NCBI RefSeq assembly: GCF_006345805.1
Contig: NC_043017.1
Coordinates: forward strand, 23,684,001-23,748,000
Length of the DNA: 64,000 bases
Direction of reading: 5' to 3'
Origin: Octopus sinensis
Taxonomy: Eukaryota
Under the pieces are notes generated by a model that saw only the letters and a list, made by a program, of their open reading frames with translations, was not told the origin of the DNA and searched no databases. This document shows positions 11,441-24,360 of the stretch, piece after piece (the first letter of the stretch is position 1; each line of letters begins with the position of its first letter). A program made the translations under genes and the position numbers.

Positions 11441-13541
11441 TGCACAATCAATTTATGTTGTAGGTTTTTATCAACTATAATTAAATTAGAAATGTGGTTT
11501 ATAATTCCTAATAATAATAGGCTTATTTTTATGCAAAGATTTTTAACAAAAGCCGTTTATATTTATATATACACATCCATGCATCCATAAGCATCCAACA
11601 CACACCCACCCACCCACACACAAAAAGCTGCATGGTTACGAAAGTATTCTTAGTAACGGCAAAGATATTTCTTTATAATCAACTCTGATAAAGCATTTTC
11701 ACTTCAGTTTTGGTTTAACATCCCTGGGAAATGCATGAACGTTTCAAATTCAAAAATAAGACACTCGATACCTGATTGAAAAACACACGAATGTTAACAC
11801 CTTGCTTACCTGCAATCCCCCTCAATGCCCTCACATACCTGCCACAGCCCCTACATCTGTGCCTTTTCTATGTTTCACTCCCTTATTTGCTTCCGTCACC
11901 TCTACCCTGCCCACCCACCCAGTTCAAATCTTTGTATTCTCCCACTTACCCTCACCCCTCCAATGGCCCTTGAGGGCAGGTTGCAGCACATCTTCACCAC
12001 CATCTATTTCCCTTTTGCTTTCTTTATCTTACTCTCTAACCCACCCTCCTTTCTTTCTCATCTGGAGTATCCATATATCTACTCTACAGCAAGACACCTA
12101 TCCCTGTTCCTCTTTACTTTTAATCTCTCATCATTTGACATAAAGCCACCACACCCCTCAATAATACTCCACCCTCCCACTTGTGGGTTTTTTGTCTTAC
12201 AAGCTACTCGGTGACTCTGTTGGTGCTGGTACCACATAGAAACTGCTGGTGCTAGTGTCACACTAAAACCGCTGGTGCTGGTACCACATAAAATGCACTA
12301 TGACACAAACACATACCATAACTCACTACAATATACAGACACTGTACCGCATATGCAACATGCCATACTGCACAGCTACTCTGATATGCACACACCACAA
12401 TGCAGGATAAGCCTTGTGATTGCATTTGGTAAGTGTGTGTACATGTAAGTGCTTGTACAGAGACATGGTAACCTACAATACACCACGCTATACTATGACA
12501 CAAACTACAACACAATATACCACCATTGTACACCATACCACAGCACAGCCTACAACACAGTCACCATTGTGCACCATACCACTACACACTGCCTACCACA
12601 ACAGACCACACTTTACCAAACTGTTCCAGATTAACTCCTTGTTAATCTCCACAACAAACAAGTTTAAACCAGTTATTCCAATCCAGTGATTGAACCAATA
12701 AATCACCTATAAATTACCAATAAATATACAAGATTTTATTTCCAGACTATTGCTTATTTGAAAACCAATCTTAAATTATTGTGAAATTAGGTTGCTCTTT
12801 GGAAATCGAGAGGAGGTTGTTTTCTTCCTCTTTAATTTTTGTTTTATTGATTTACTCGTTCAAAAAATAAAATATTTTTCTTTGGCATTCATTGATCTAT
12901 TTAAATTTTTTTTACCTCTTTTTTTTTCTTTTCCGCTCCAAGTTTATTGAAATATAAAATAAAATTAATGGTTTGGTATGAATTCTAAGTGAACAGCAAT
13001 GAATCCTAACCAAACTTATTTGTAAAGATGTTACATTTTCTCTGTAACACCATAATAATAATAATAACAATAATAATAATAATAATCCAGTGGAAATATT
13101 TCTTCCTTTATAAACAATAATGTCATTGTAGCAAGTCATCATCATCATCATCATCAACATCACTAATGCTACACATTATTAAATATATTCTTCTCTACAG
13201 TCTAATTAAATTTAATTGAACTTTGAAGTAAAACGGAAAATTAAATCAAAGCTTTATGTTCAATATTTATGACACAGAATGCATAACTAAAATGTTGCTG
13301 TCGTTGAACTGTGGCTAGGCTGGAGCACCACCTTGAAGGGTTTTACTTAAAGGGTTTAGTCTAACAAATTGACCCCCAGGACTTGTTTGTTTGTTTGTTT
13401 TTTTTATTTCTTAGTCTGGTCCTTATTCTGTCAGTCTCTTTTGCCAAACTTACTGGGATGTAAACAAACCAACACTAGCTAACCAAGTGGTGGTAGGAGA
13501 CAACCACAAAGACACATATACATATAAACACATACATGCAT

Positions 13542-13598
<57 letters not shown>

Positions 13599-13611
13599 CA
13601 CACACATATGT

Positions 13612-13922
13612 GGAGGCGCAATGGCCCAGTGGTTAGGGTAGCGGACTCGCGGTTGTAGGATCGCGGTTTTGATTCCCAGACCGGGCGTTGTGAGTGTTTA
13701 TTGAGCGAAAACACCTAAAGCTCCACGAGGCTCCGGCAGGGGATCGTGGCGATCCCTGCTGTACCCTTTCGCCACAACTTTCTCTCACTCTTTCTTCTGT
13801 TGGCCCTGCTTGCTTAGCCAGCGGGGTGGCGTCATTTGAAGGCTAAAACAATGCAAAGCGCATTGTGACCAGCGATGTGTAGCAACATCTGATAGCCTGG
13901 TCGGTCACGGTGATCACGGTGA
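13612..13922 (+). mobile_element. tRNA-derived SINE (family E, single copy here)
   Basis: GGAGGCGCAATGGCCCAGTGGTTAGGG A box, GGTTTTGATTCCC B-box-like motif, CpG-rich body, tail TCACGGTGA x2. Confidence 0.7.
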
Positions 13923-13944
13923 TATATATACATATAAAGGGTAA

Positions 13945-14272
13945 AGACTCCCTTCAGTCATAAATGACCATGGGATTGCACCTAGAAAGTTCCACTCTGA
14001 AGCACAAGTCAAGGAAAAGTTGTTTTATGGAAAACCAGCAGTTGCCCTTGCATAACAATCTCCCCTACCATTGATACCACTGATGTTATCCAAGGGAAAG
14101 GCAAAGGCCCATACAGCTTGGCACCAGTGATGTTGCAACTCAGTTCTACAGCTGAGTGAACTGGAGCAATGTAAAATAAAGTGTCTTGCTCAAGAACACA
14201 ACACACAGCCTGGTCCAGGAATCCAACTCACTACCTCATGGTTGTGAACCCAATGCTCTACCCACTGAGCCA
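13945..14272 (-). mobile_element. SINE family D
   Basis: Homologous to 4030-4340 over its full length. Confidence 0.85.
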
Positions 14273-16469
14273 TGTGTGTATATATATATTATATATATAC
14301 ACACACACATACATATATATGTACATGACAGGCTTCTTTTAGTTTCCATCTACCAAATTCACTCGCAAGGCTAGCTTTGATTGGCCCTAGCTTTGATTGG
14401 CCCTAGGCTAAAGCAAATACTTGACTAAGATGCTACCCAGTGGGGTTGAACTCAAGACAACAAGGTTTGGAAGCAATCTCCTTACCCATACACCCATGCT
14501 TTTGTCTGAAAACAAATGTCACTGTTGCAAATCATCATCATCACCATCATCAATACAACTGCTGCTGCTGTTGCTACACAGTATTAAATATACACTTCTC
14601 AACACTCCAATTAAATTTAATCAAATTAATTGAACTTTAAAATAAAATGTAAAATATGATAAAACCTTTTATGCCTAACATTCATTAAGCAGAATACAAA
14701 ACTAAAACCAGTTGCTGGTTGAATATGTAAAAATTTGTTCTTTTTTTTTTTTGTTTTTGTTTTAACTATTTTCATCTGTCTTTATATAACTGTGAACAGC
14801 AATCAAACTGTATGACCAATTTTGATGGCATTTCCTTCATATCACTTTCATTCACTTCCTAAACAATGCTACACTTAATTTTAGTTTGTCTCTTCTTCAT
14901 TGATATTTTCAAAATGTTCTTTGTTCTGCTTCTGCATAATTGCAATTGCATAGGAATTTGTTTCAGTTTTCCATTTCTCTCCCCATTTTCTACTGCATTG
15001 ACTTTGGTTTTGTTTTATACCTCCAACATGGCTCTAATTACTATTCTCTGTAACATAATACAATGAAATACAACTAAACTTTGGTGGCTGCTAAAAATCA
15101 TTGCCATGAAAAATGCATTATCAGTCAAATTCTTTGTGCTTTTTTTTCGTATCCATATAATGAATTCATTGCTAAACATTATTTAAAGCATTTCTTTCCC
15201 AGAGCAAATAAACAGATCACCTTTCGTTAACAATGCAAAAAATAAAATTCAGGCAAAATCAATATTAAATATATTTCCTCAGTATCTACATGGAATTAAA
15301 TCAGCTACTTTTAAAACAGAATCACGAAAATATGCCATCAAAAGATAACAGTTTTAAATTGTAGCAATGAAGAAATGTTCTAAAACATAAATTACAAGGA
15401 ATGTCTCTGAAATAACCCAGTATTTCATGATTTTGGTATTCATTGATGAAACATTGAATTCTTACAGGCACCATTATCTTTATATATTTTCTTTTTGCTC
15501 TGTAGAATTTCTGTTCAATAATTTCTTCTTTTCTTCTGTGGTGTTTCCTTCCTTTTATTTTTTTAAGATTTCTTACAATTTCCAGATTGTAGGATGTGAT
15601 GGTTCAATCAATTAACTGATTGATCAGTGATAGATACCTTTCACTAGAGTTGCTTGTATTAAAGGCACCTCCAGGACTGCAGCAAAATAGTTCCAAAGTG
15701 TATGATCAAAGCAAATATGTCAGTGTACAAGACCAGTAGTACACCCACCTTTTTTACACCATGGACTGGTTCCATGCCAAACAATTTTTCCACAGACCAG
15801 ATCATGCGCATGACAAAACAATAAAGTGCATAACAAATAAAACACATACATTGCATGTATAATACATGTTGAATGCAAAGACATCCTGCTGGCTGCAATA
15901 ATCAATAAAATAAAAATAAAATTTTATCTATTCTTTCTGCGCAGCCTGGTACTAAATGATTCTTGGCACAGTGCTGTTCCGCAGTTCAGTGGTTGGGAAC
16001 CCCTGTACTAGGGGACAGCCTGGGCAACCAATCCACATATATGCTACATAATTCACAACTGGCTCATCTGTAATGTAAGAAAGCACATTTCCCACTGTAA
16101 ATGGTAATCCAGGATTTATTGCTGAGTATTGTATTGGTTTGAAATGGGAAAACAAATTCTCCCATTGTTTGTGCTGTTTAGCTTAGATCAGCCCTGATTA
16201 AGTAGACCTAAAATAAGAGGTTTTCCAGCCATAGTAGTAATAGAATTAGTAGCCAAATTTCCCTCAAATCACACCCTTCTGGCTTAGAAGAGAAAAGAGC
16301 ACATTAAATAAAGTCCCTATAAGAGATATAGCTAAAAAAAAATGGGATGCTCATGGCTGGAATGCATTTGATCATTGGTGTTCTTGATCACTGCTGATTT
16401 GTGGTGAAATAACAATGTATGTATATAACTACCTGACATGGGGTTAAATAGTAACTGATATATATATAT

Positions 16470-16680
16470 AGGTTTAATCCAAACATGAAAATACAAAGAG
16501 AAAACACAACAATGCGAGGACATGGAACAAGTATAGTGTTATTGGATGCTCAGGAAAGGAAAGAAAGAAGGAGGATTTAACGTTTCAAGCGGAGCTCTTC
16601 GTCAGAAACATAGGAAAAGGAATGATCCAAGGAAGGGAAGACGGAGGAAAAAAATCACCAATGATATACATGCAGTCACA
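16470..16680 (-). mobile_element. Penelope-like terminal-repeat remnant with hammerhead motif
   Basis: Minus strand GTTT-CTGACGAA-GAGC-TCC-GCTT-GAAAC-GTT-AAAT at 16575-16609. Confidence 0.6.
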
Positions 16681-18469
16681 TTTTGAATGACTGGAAGGTA
16701 ATGTTCTTTCAAAGACAGGGGAGTGCAAGAGAAGGATGTATGTGTGGATATGTGCATCTGCGCAGGTCTCTGTGTGTAATGATAGCACATGTGTCTGTGT
16801 GTGGTTGGGCTTAGTATCATTTAAGGTCAAAGGAAGAATGATAGTAGGAGTGGCTCTTGTGTCTACCTACCCATGTGCGTAAAAGAATGGTCAGTGGGAG
16901 GTACTGGTAGTTTGAAGTATGTGTGTGTGCGTGTATGTATGTGTGTCCGTGTGTGTATGCGTAGAGGTTGTGTGTGGGGGGAATAACTGTGCTTTACTTT
17001 GTGTATGTGTGCGTGTGTGCTTGTATGTGCATATATGTGTATACATGTATGTATAATTGTGTGCGTGTATGTATGAGTGTGTGCTGTATATAGGAGGTAT
17101 GTGTGGGTTCATTTGTGTGTGTGTGTATGTGCATGTGTGTCGTATGTGCGTGTAGTTGTGTGTGCGTGTATGTGGGTGTATATACATGTATCCGTGGGGT
17201 TGTGAGTATTAGGTGTGTGCATGTGTATTTGTGCGCATGTTTGTGTGTGTGTGTCTGTGTCTATGTGTATGTGTATGCGCGTGTGTGCATATATTGTGTG
17301 TGTATGTATATGTATAGGTGTGTATGCGTGTGTGCGCGAGTTGTGTCATTCTGTCAAAAGAGATCTTAGTCTTGCAAGCTGCTTGGCTAACAGCCATAGT
17401 AACCCTGCTAAAGCAGGCATTGGAGCACAACACAGTCCTTTGACATATTGGGTCCTGAGAAACTTGTCCAACCCATGCCATCAGCATGGAAGGCAAATGT
17501 GGAAAGGAAAAGAAGCAGTGGTAGCAATAGCAAGTTGGACTGGGCCATTGGCAATCAAGTGTCCAAGATTTACAGTGTTGCATCAATGATTGGGTATGAG
17601 TTGTTGAGTAACCAATTTATTGTTGAGAGTGAGAGAGAGTTATAAGTGTATAGAGGGAGAAATAAAGGAAAGAGAAAAAGAGAGAATTTTCTCCTACTCG
17701 TTAACAATGCTCACTGAAGATTTCATTAATAGGTAATCGAGAATGGTTCGTCATAAATGAAGGAACTAATGTTGTTGGTACTTTTGAAGATTTATTGGAA
17801 TTCTTTTCTCTTCATTTCACACAAATTTAGTCTTTTTATGGGAGTTTTACTGAATTGGTTTTTGTCTACGGTTATTATCCTTGAACTTTTGATGTGTGTG
17901 TGTGTTCATGGTAGTGAGACAAAATATCTGTTTCTCTCATCACTGAGAGGAGATGACTGTGAATTGTCTTGAATTCTTGATGTCTCCGTGTACATGATGC
18001 TGTACATATTAGTATACATACATTAGTTTGTCTCATCACCATGTCAGAGAGTAATGCGATTTTTATTTGCAATACTTTTTGACTCCCCAATACGTCTGTG
18101 AGGAGTAGAAAGTAATGCAAATAAAAATAGCATCATTTTCTGACTCACCTTTGTATTAATTTGCCTCGTTAACTTGTGGCTGCCTGATAATTTCCTCAAA
18201 CTCTCAACACGTATATAGTTGCGAAATAAACTGGTTTGATGCAGTTATTTTCTGTGCTTTCTACCTTTAATATCAAATTTTGTTAAAACTTTTTCTCAGA
18301 TAAAAGATGAATAGAATTTTGTGACCATTGTTTTGTTTTGTTTTTTTTTTGTTTATTTTTTTTTTGCTATCATCATAGTGGAAAAGAAGCAGTCAATAAA
18401 CTTGGTCAAAAATGAGATAAACTATATTTCATTACATTCCAGTAAAGGGTTAATAATGTCAGTGAAATA

Positions 18470-18705
18470 CTTATTTCTTTACTACCCACAAGAGGCTAAA
18501 CACAGAGGGGACAAACAAGGACAGACAGACGGATTAAGTCGATTATATCGACCCCAGTGCGTAACTGGTACTTAATTTATCGACCCTGAAAGGATGAAAG
18601 GCAAAGTCGACCATGGCGGAATTTGAACTCAGAACGTAACGGCAGGCGAAATACCGCTTGACATTTTGCCCGACGTGCTAATGATTCTGCCAGCTCACCG
18701 CCTTA
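18470..18705 (-). mobile_element. SINE family B (B1)
   Basis: Full reverse-complement match to the B1 copy at 63085-63320. Confidence 0.88.
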
Positions 18706-18954
18706 AATACTAAGGCGAAATACTAAGGACAGTGCAGTTAAGCAAACCTTCCCAACTCAGAGTATATAGCCTTGAGTCTGTGTTAAAAATTATTATTATT
18801 GTTTTACTTCTCAGAGTGCTCATTCTTGTTTGCACTGGTTGATTCTGTGACAGCAGACAGCATCCTGCTATCAGAGGTCTCACAGGGTCCCTTTCTGGAC
18901 ATTATAAGCTTTGATACTTGGTTGTTAATTATTGTGGGAGACATTCAACATCCA

Positions 18955-19180
18955 AGTACCCCTTAGCATTTAAACCAGCCATATTCAGCCCAAATATTCT
19001 ACCCATTTTAAGTCTAAACCAAGCTGTTCTAACCTCTCATACCTACCCTACAATGTCACTCTAAAAGTAAAGAATCACATCTTTGAAATTTTGAGGTTAC
19101 AAGATAATTAATGATTAATTCAAAACAATGTGATTAAAGAAGCATTACATTTCACAGAATAATCTGGATGTGAAAGGATT
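18955..19180 (+). mobile_element. piggyBac-type MITE, diverged copy
   Basis: CCCTTAGCATTTAAACCAGCCATATTC...CCTACAATGTCACTC, homologous to 34614-34834. Confidence 0.65.
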
Positions 19181-20527
19181 AATGTTGTTTGTATGTGTTT
19201 ATGTTATGTATGTGTGTTTATGTGCTAATGTTATGCATGTGTGTGTTTGTGTATTCCTATTGTTGTTTAGCACCAGATTAAGTATTCATAAAATTAAAAG
19301 TGTTCCAGCTGTGATTTTTTTTTATCTCATCATTATCTAATATATCTTTTAATTATTTAAAACAGAAGCTTGTGCTATAAAGGAATCTTGGCTGCTTTGT
19401 CTTGTAGTTTGAGTGAATGACTTTGCAGCGGCTCCCTTGTGGTTTGCATACATATTGTGTGTGTGCGCACGCGTGTTTGAGAGAGAGAGGTGAGATATGC
19501 AGTTTGTGTGTGGAAAAAATATCTAGCCACTTAGATCTCCCACTGTCTTTGAAAGCTTAACATCTTAGCAACATGTATTTCTTGTCATGGTAAGAAATAT
19601 ATCAATCAAACTAACTCAGTAAGAAAGTCTTTGTATGATTACTCAGCCTCTATGGAATAGCAGCTGAACAGATCATTCACAAACCACAACCTCATGTCCT
19701 AAAAATAGGGAGGATATATCGATTAGTCTCAGGCACACTGTGTCTGAATAAAGAAATGATCACAGCTAGAAGGTCTTTCATCATAGGTCTTCTTGATTAA
19801 GGCTTCCCTATGGCTAATCAATAACGACAATATCAATGGACTGTAAAGTGTTTGATCAGATATCAATCTGATTTTCCAAAAGCCATTCAGCAACAACAAC
19901 AGCAGCAATAATATTAACACTGAATCTTTGTCGTAGCCAGTTTGAAATTGTGCAATGAGTTCAGCAAATCTGAATTACAAAGTGAACAACTACAAATAAT
20001 AGTAATAATAATAATTCAACAAAATAGCAAGATATCTCCGTTTAAGTCCATCCCCTTGTGAACGGTCAAGCATATTAACTTTAAATTTCATTATTGTCAT
20101 CGTCATTATCATCGTTTTTAAGTCAGCGTTTTTCCAATGCAGGCATCAGCTGGAAACTTTGATATTAAAATAAAAATTTTTTTTTTTTAAATTACAAATC
20201 AGTTTTGGTAACATCTGTTTAGTCTGTTAAAGTTATATTAACTTTTTTTTATTTAACCAGGTGAGTGGAAGGCAGATTCTTTCTTTTTCTTTTTTCTCTC
20301 TTAATTTCTATTTACATATTTTATCTCAATACACCCACACATACTTGACCCCCACCACCCCACTTTGACACTTGTTTCATTCACTCCCCTTCTTTTCTTC
20401 TCCCTCAGTCAGTCACTCCCATCCACCCCCTACCTTAAATCACCACATTTTAAATTGATTTTTGTAAATATTCCTGGTTACTGAATTCCACATTGGCTTA
20501 CTTCTTTGTCATTGTATACACACACAC

Positions 20528-20544
<17 letters not shown>

Positions 20545-20568
<24 letters not shown>

Positions 20569-21374
20569 CATGCATGTATATATTTATTGGGGGATTTTTT
20601 TCCTGTCGTTAAGAGCAAATTGATTTTTCTTTAATTAATATATTTATGTGTTTCGTTGTATTTGTTGTTAAATCTCAAATAAATCCTGATTAATCAGAAC
20701 TTTGATCATAAAATATTCCTGCTGTGACCACTCACTGTCCATGTTTTTTTTTTGTTTTTTTGTTTTTTTACTGACATAATGTCAGGCGCAGGAGTGGCTG
20801 TGTGGTAAGTAACTTGCTAACCAACCACATGGTTCTGGGTTCAGTCCCACTGCGTGGCATCTTGGGCAAGTGTCTTCTGCTATAGCCCCGGGCCGACCAA
20901 TGCCTTGTGAGTGGATTTGGTAGACGGAAACTGAAAGAAGCCCGTCGTATATATGTATATATATAATATATATATATATATATGTATGCATGCATGTATA
21001 TATTTATTGGGGGATTTTTTCCTGTCGTTAAGAGCAAATTGATTTTTCTTTAATTAATATATTTATGTGTTTCGTTGTATTTGTTGTTAAATCTCAAATA
21101 AATCCTGATTAATCAGAACTTTGATCATAAAATATTCCTGCTGTGACCACTCACTGTCCATGTTTTTTTTTTGTTTTTTTGTTTTTTTTACTGACATAAT
21201 GTCAGGCGCAGGAGTGGCTGTGTGGTAAGTAACTTGCTAACCAACCACATGGTTCTGGGTTCAGTCCCACTGCGTGGCATCTTGGGCAAGTGTCTTCTGC
21301 TATAGCCCCGGGCCGACCAATGCCTTGTGAGTGGATTTGGTAGACGGAAACTGAAAGAAGCCCGTCGTATATAT

Positions 21375-21385
<11 letters not shown>
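20545..21385 (+). repeat. Near-perfect 420-bp tandem duplication including the 5' half of a family A SINE
   Basis: TATTTATTGGGGG at 20581 and 21001. The copies differ visibly only in homopolymer and (TA)n lengths. Confidence 0.92.
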
Positions 21386-21414
<29 letters not shown>

Positions 21415-21610
21415 GTGTGTTTTGTCCCCCTAGCATTGCTTGACAACCGATGCTGGTGTGTTTACGTCCCCATCACTTAGTGATTCGGCAAAAGAGACCG
21501 ATAGAATAAGTACTGGGCTTACAAAGAATAAGTCCCGGGGTCGATTTGCTCGACTAAAGGCGGTGCCCCAGCATGGCCGCAGTCAAATGACTGAAACAAG
21601 TAAAAGAGTA
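21205..21610 (+). mobile_element. SINE family A, full length
   Basis: Head, core, internal (TA)n(GT)n and tail all present. Confidence 0.9.
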
Positions 21611-22224
21611 AAGTATCTAGGACTATATTATCCATTGTGGCCATCTAACATGCTTGTATCAAGTTCAAATTGTACTGAAGTCCAGACGTCTTTCATCTTT
21701 CCAAAATTGATAGAAATACCAGCTATACCCTGGGGATAGTTTCTGTTGATTCTGAGCTTCATCCAAAGGTTTGTGGGTCCATAACTTGACTAGCACGTGT
21801 TTTAAAGCATGGACACAAGTGTTGCTGTGTAGTAAAGAGGTTACTTCTTCCCAACAAACAAGGTTCTGGGTTCAATCCCACTTCATGGCACCTTGGTAAG
21901 TGTCTGCCTATTACTATAGCTGTCAGCCAATCAAAGCCTTCTGAATGGATTTGACAGATGGAGACCAATGCATCATTTGAAGCATGTGGTCCTTATAGGT
22001 AGTATGTGGTTTATTTTTTTTTTTTACAGTTGGTGCTAACAACCTATAATATGTAGTGTATATAGATATCGTATGACTATGAAAAGTTAAGCACCATGAT
22101 GTCAATATCTACAATAGTTTTTGAACTGTTTGCAGTTAAGATTTCAAAATGCATCAATTGATGCACTCAGTCCTTCTAGTGTTAATCATGCAAGAAGCTT
22201 GGTTGCCAACCATATATATATATA

Positions 22225-22485
22225 TACCTGTGCTGGTGGCATGTGTAAAAGGATTCGAGCGAGGTCGTTGCCAGTACCGCCTGACTGGCCCTCGTGCCGG
22301 TGGCACGTAAAAAGCACCCACTACTCTCTCAGAGTGGTTGGCGTTAGGAAGGGCATCCAGCTGTAGAAACTCTGCCAAATCAAGATTGGAGCTTGGTGCA
22401 ACCATCTGGTTCGCCATCCCTCAGTCAAAATCGTCCAACCCATGCTAGCATGGAAAGCGGACGTTAAACGATGATGATGATGATA
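22225..22485 (+). mobile_element. Family C repeat
   Basis: Unit motif, GCGTTAGGAAGGGCATCCAGCTGTAGAAAC, GGACGTTAAACGATGATG tail. Confidence 0.85.
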
Positions 22486-22779
22486 TATATATATATACAG
22501 ACACAATGAAAAGAAGACAAAGAAAATTCATTAACATATCTTTAATTATAAATTACAAATGTTTCCGTACCATCACCATTTGCAACACCAGTTTACGTGA
22601 AAATTCTAAATGAAAATTCATGTAATATTTGTGGCTTTAGACATTGGAGAGGCACTTCATAAGACTTGCATCAAGGTGTGCAATTACATTGTGCGTCAGT
22701 GATGATGGCCCAATATTCAAGTCAAGTGCTTCTCTGGGAGTACCCGAACTTCACACCTAGCCTGACGTTAATCATTTGC

Positions 22780-23556
<777 letters not shown>

Positions 23557-23934
23557 GGCGTAGAATATAAACAACAGTGTAAGAAAAACCCATTGCTTTT
23601 TGACCCACCCTCTTCTAATATCTGTTCTATACTGAGTCACGTAAACATATTGACCTCAGTGTGTGAGTAAACCAAGGATTGGTTCATTGGAGGCCTGTAA
23701 ACTAATAATACTCTTGTTCACTAATATAAAATAAAAGTAAACAGCAGGTCCACTTGTGAAGTACTGTTGTCAGTTTAACTTACACAACCTGTCTTTCTAG
23801 GAAAACCTGAAAATAGTGAAAGCAAAGCATCGTGCATCACTATCATACCAGTTTTTGAACTTCTATAGCAAGGACAAACACTCAACTATCATAAATATTG
23901 CATGGGGCTTAAAGTAGTTTTTGACAGCTGGATT

Positions 23935-24360
23935 CCCTTCCTATTTCTTTACTACCCACAGGGGGCTAAACATAGAGGGACAAACAAGGACAGACAAACG
24001 GATTAAGTCAATTACATCGACCCCAGTGCATAACTGGTACTTAATTTACCAACCCCGAAGGGATGAAAGGCAAAGTCGACCTCTGCTGAATTTGAACTCA
24101 GAACGTTAAAACAGACGAAATACCTATTTCTTTACTCCCCACAAGGGGCTAAGCATAGAGGGGACAAACAAGGACAGACAAATGGATTAAGTCAATTACA
24201 TCAACCCCAGTGCGTAACTGGTATTTAATTTATCGACCCTGAGAGAATGAAAGGCAAAGTCGACCTCGGCGGAATTTGAACTCACAACATAAAGACAGAC
24301 GAAATACCGCTCTGCATTTCGCCCGACATGCTAACGGTTCTGCCAGCTCGCCACCTTAGT
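23935..24360 (-). mobile_element. SINE family B1 with head-to-tail repeated 184-bp body
   Basis: ACAGACGAAATACC at 24111 and 24295 (period 184). Only one tRNA-like head, at the right end. Confidence 0.85.

Noticed and set aside
15985-16010. hAT-like terminus CAGTGGTTGGGAACCCCTG (similar end near 28700)
   Set aside because: Only one terminus is recognisable, with no partner TIR or 8-bp duplication found.
17707-17732. Possible first coding exon ATG CTC ACT GAA GAT TTC ATT AAT AG|GTAATC
   Set aside because: Very short, weak donor, phase 2 does not match the phase 1 start of the 36255 exon, and no recognisable homology.
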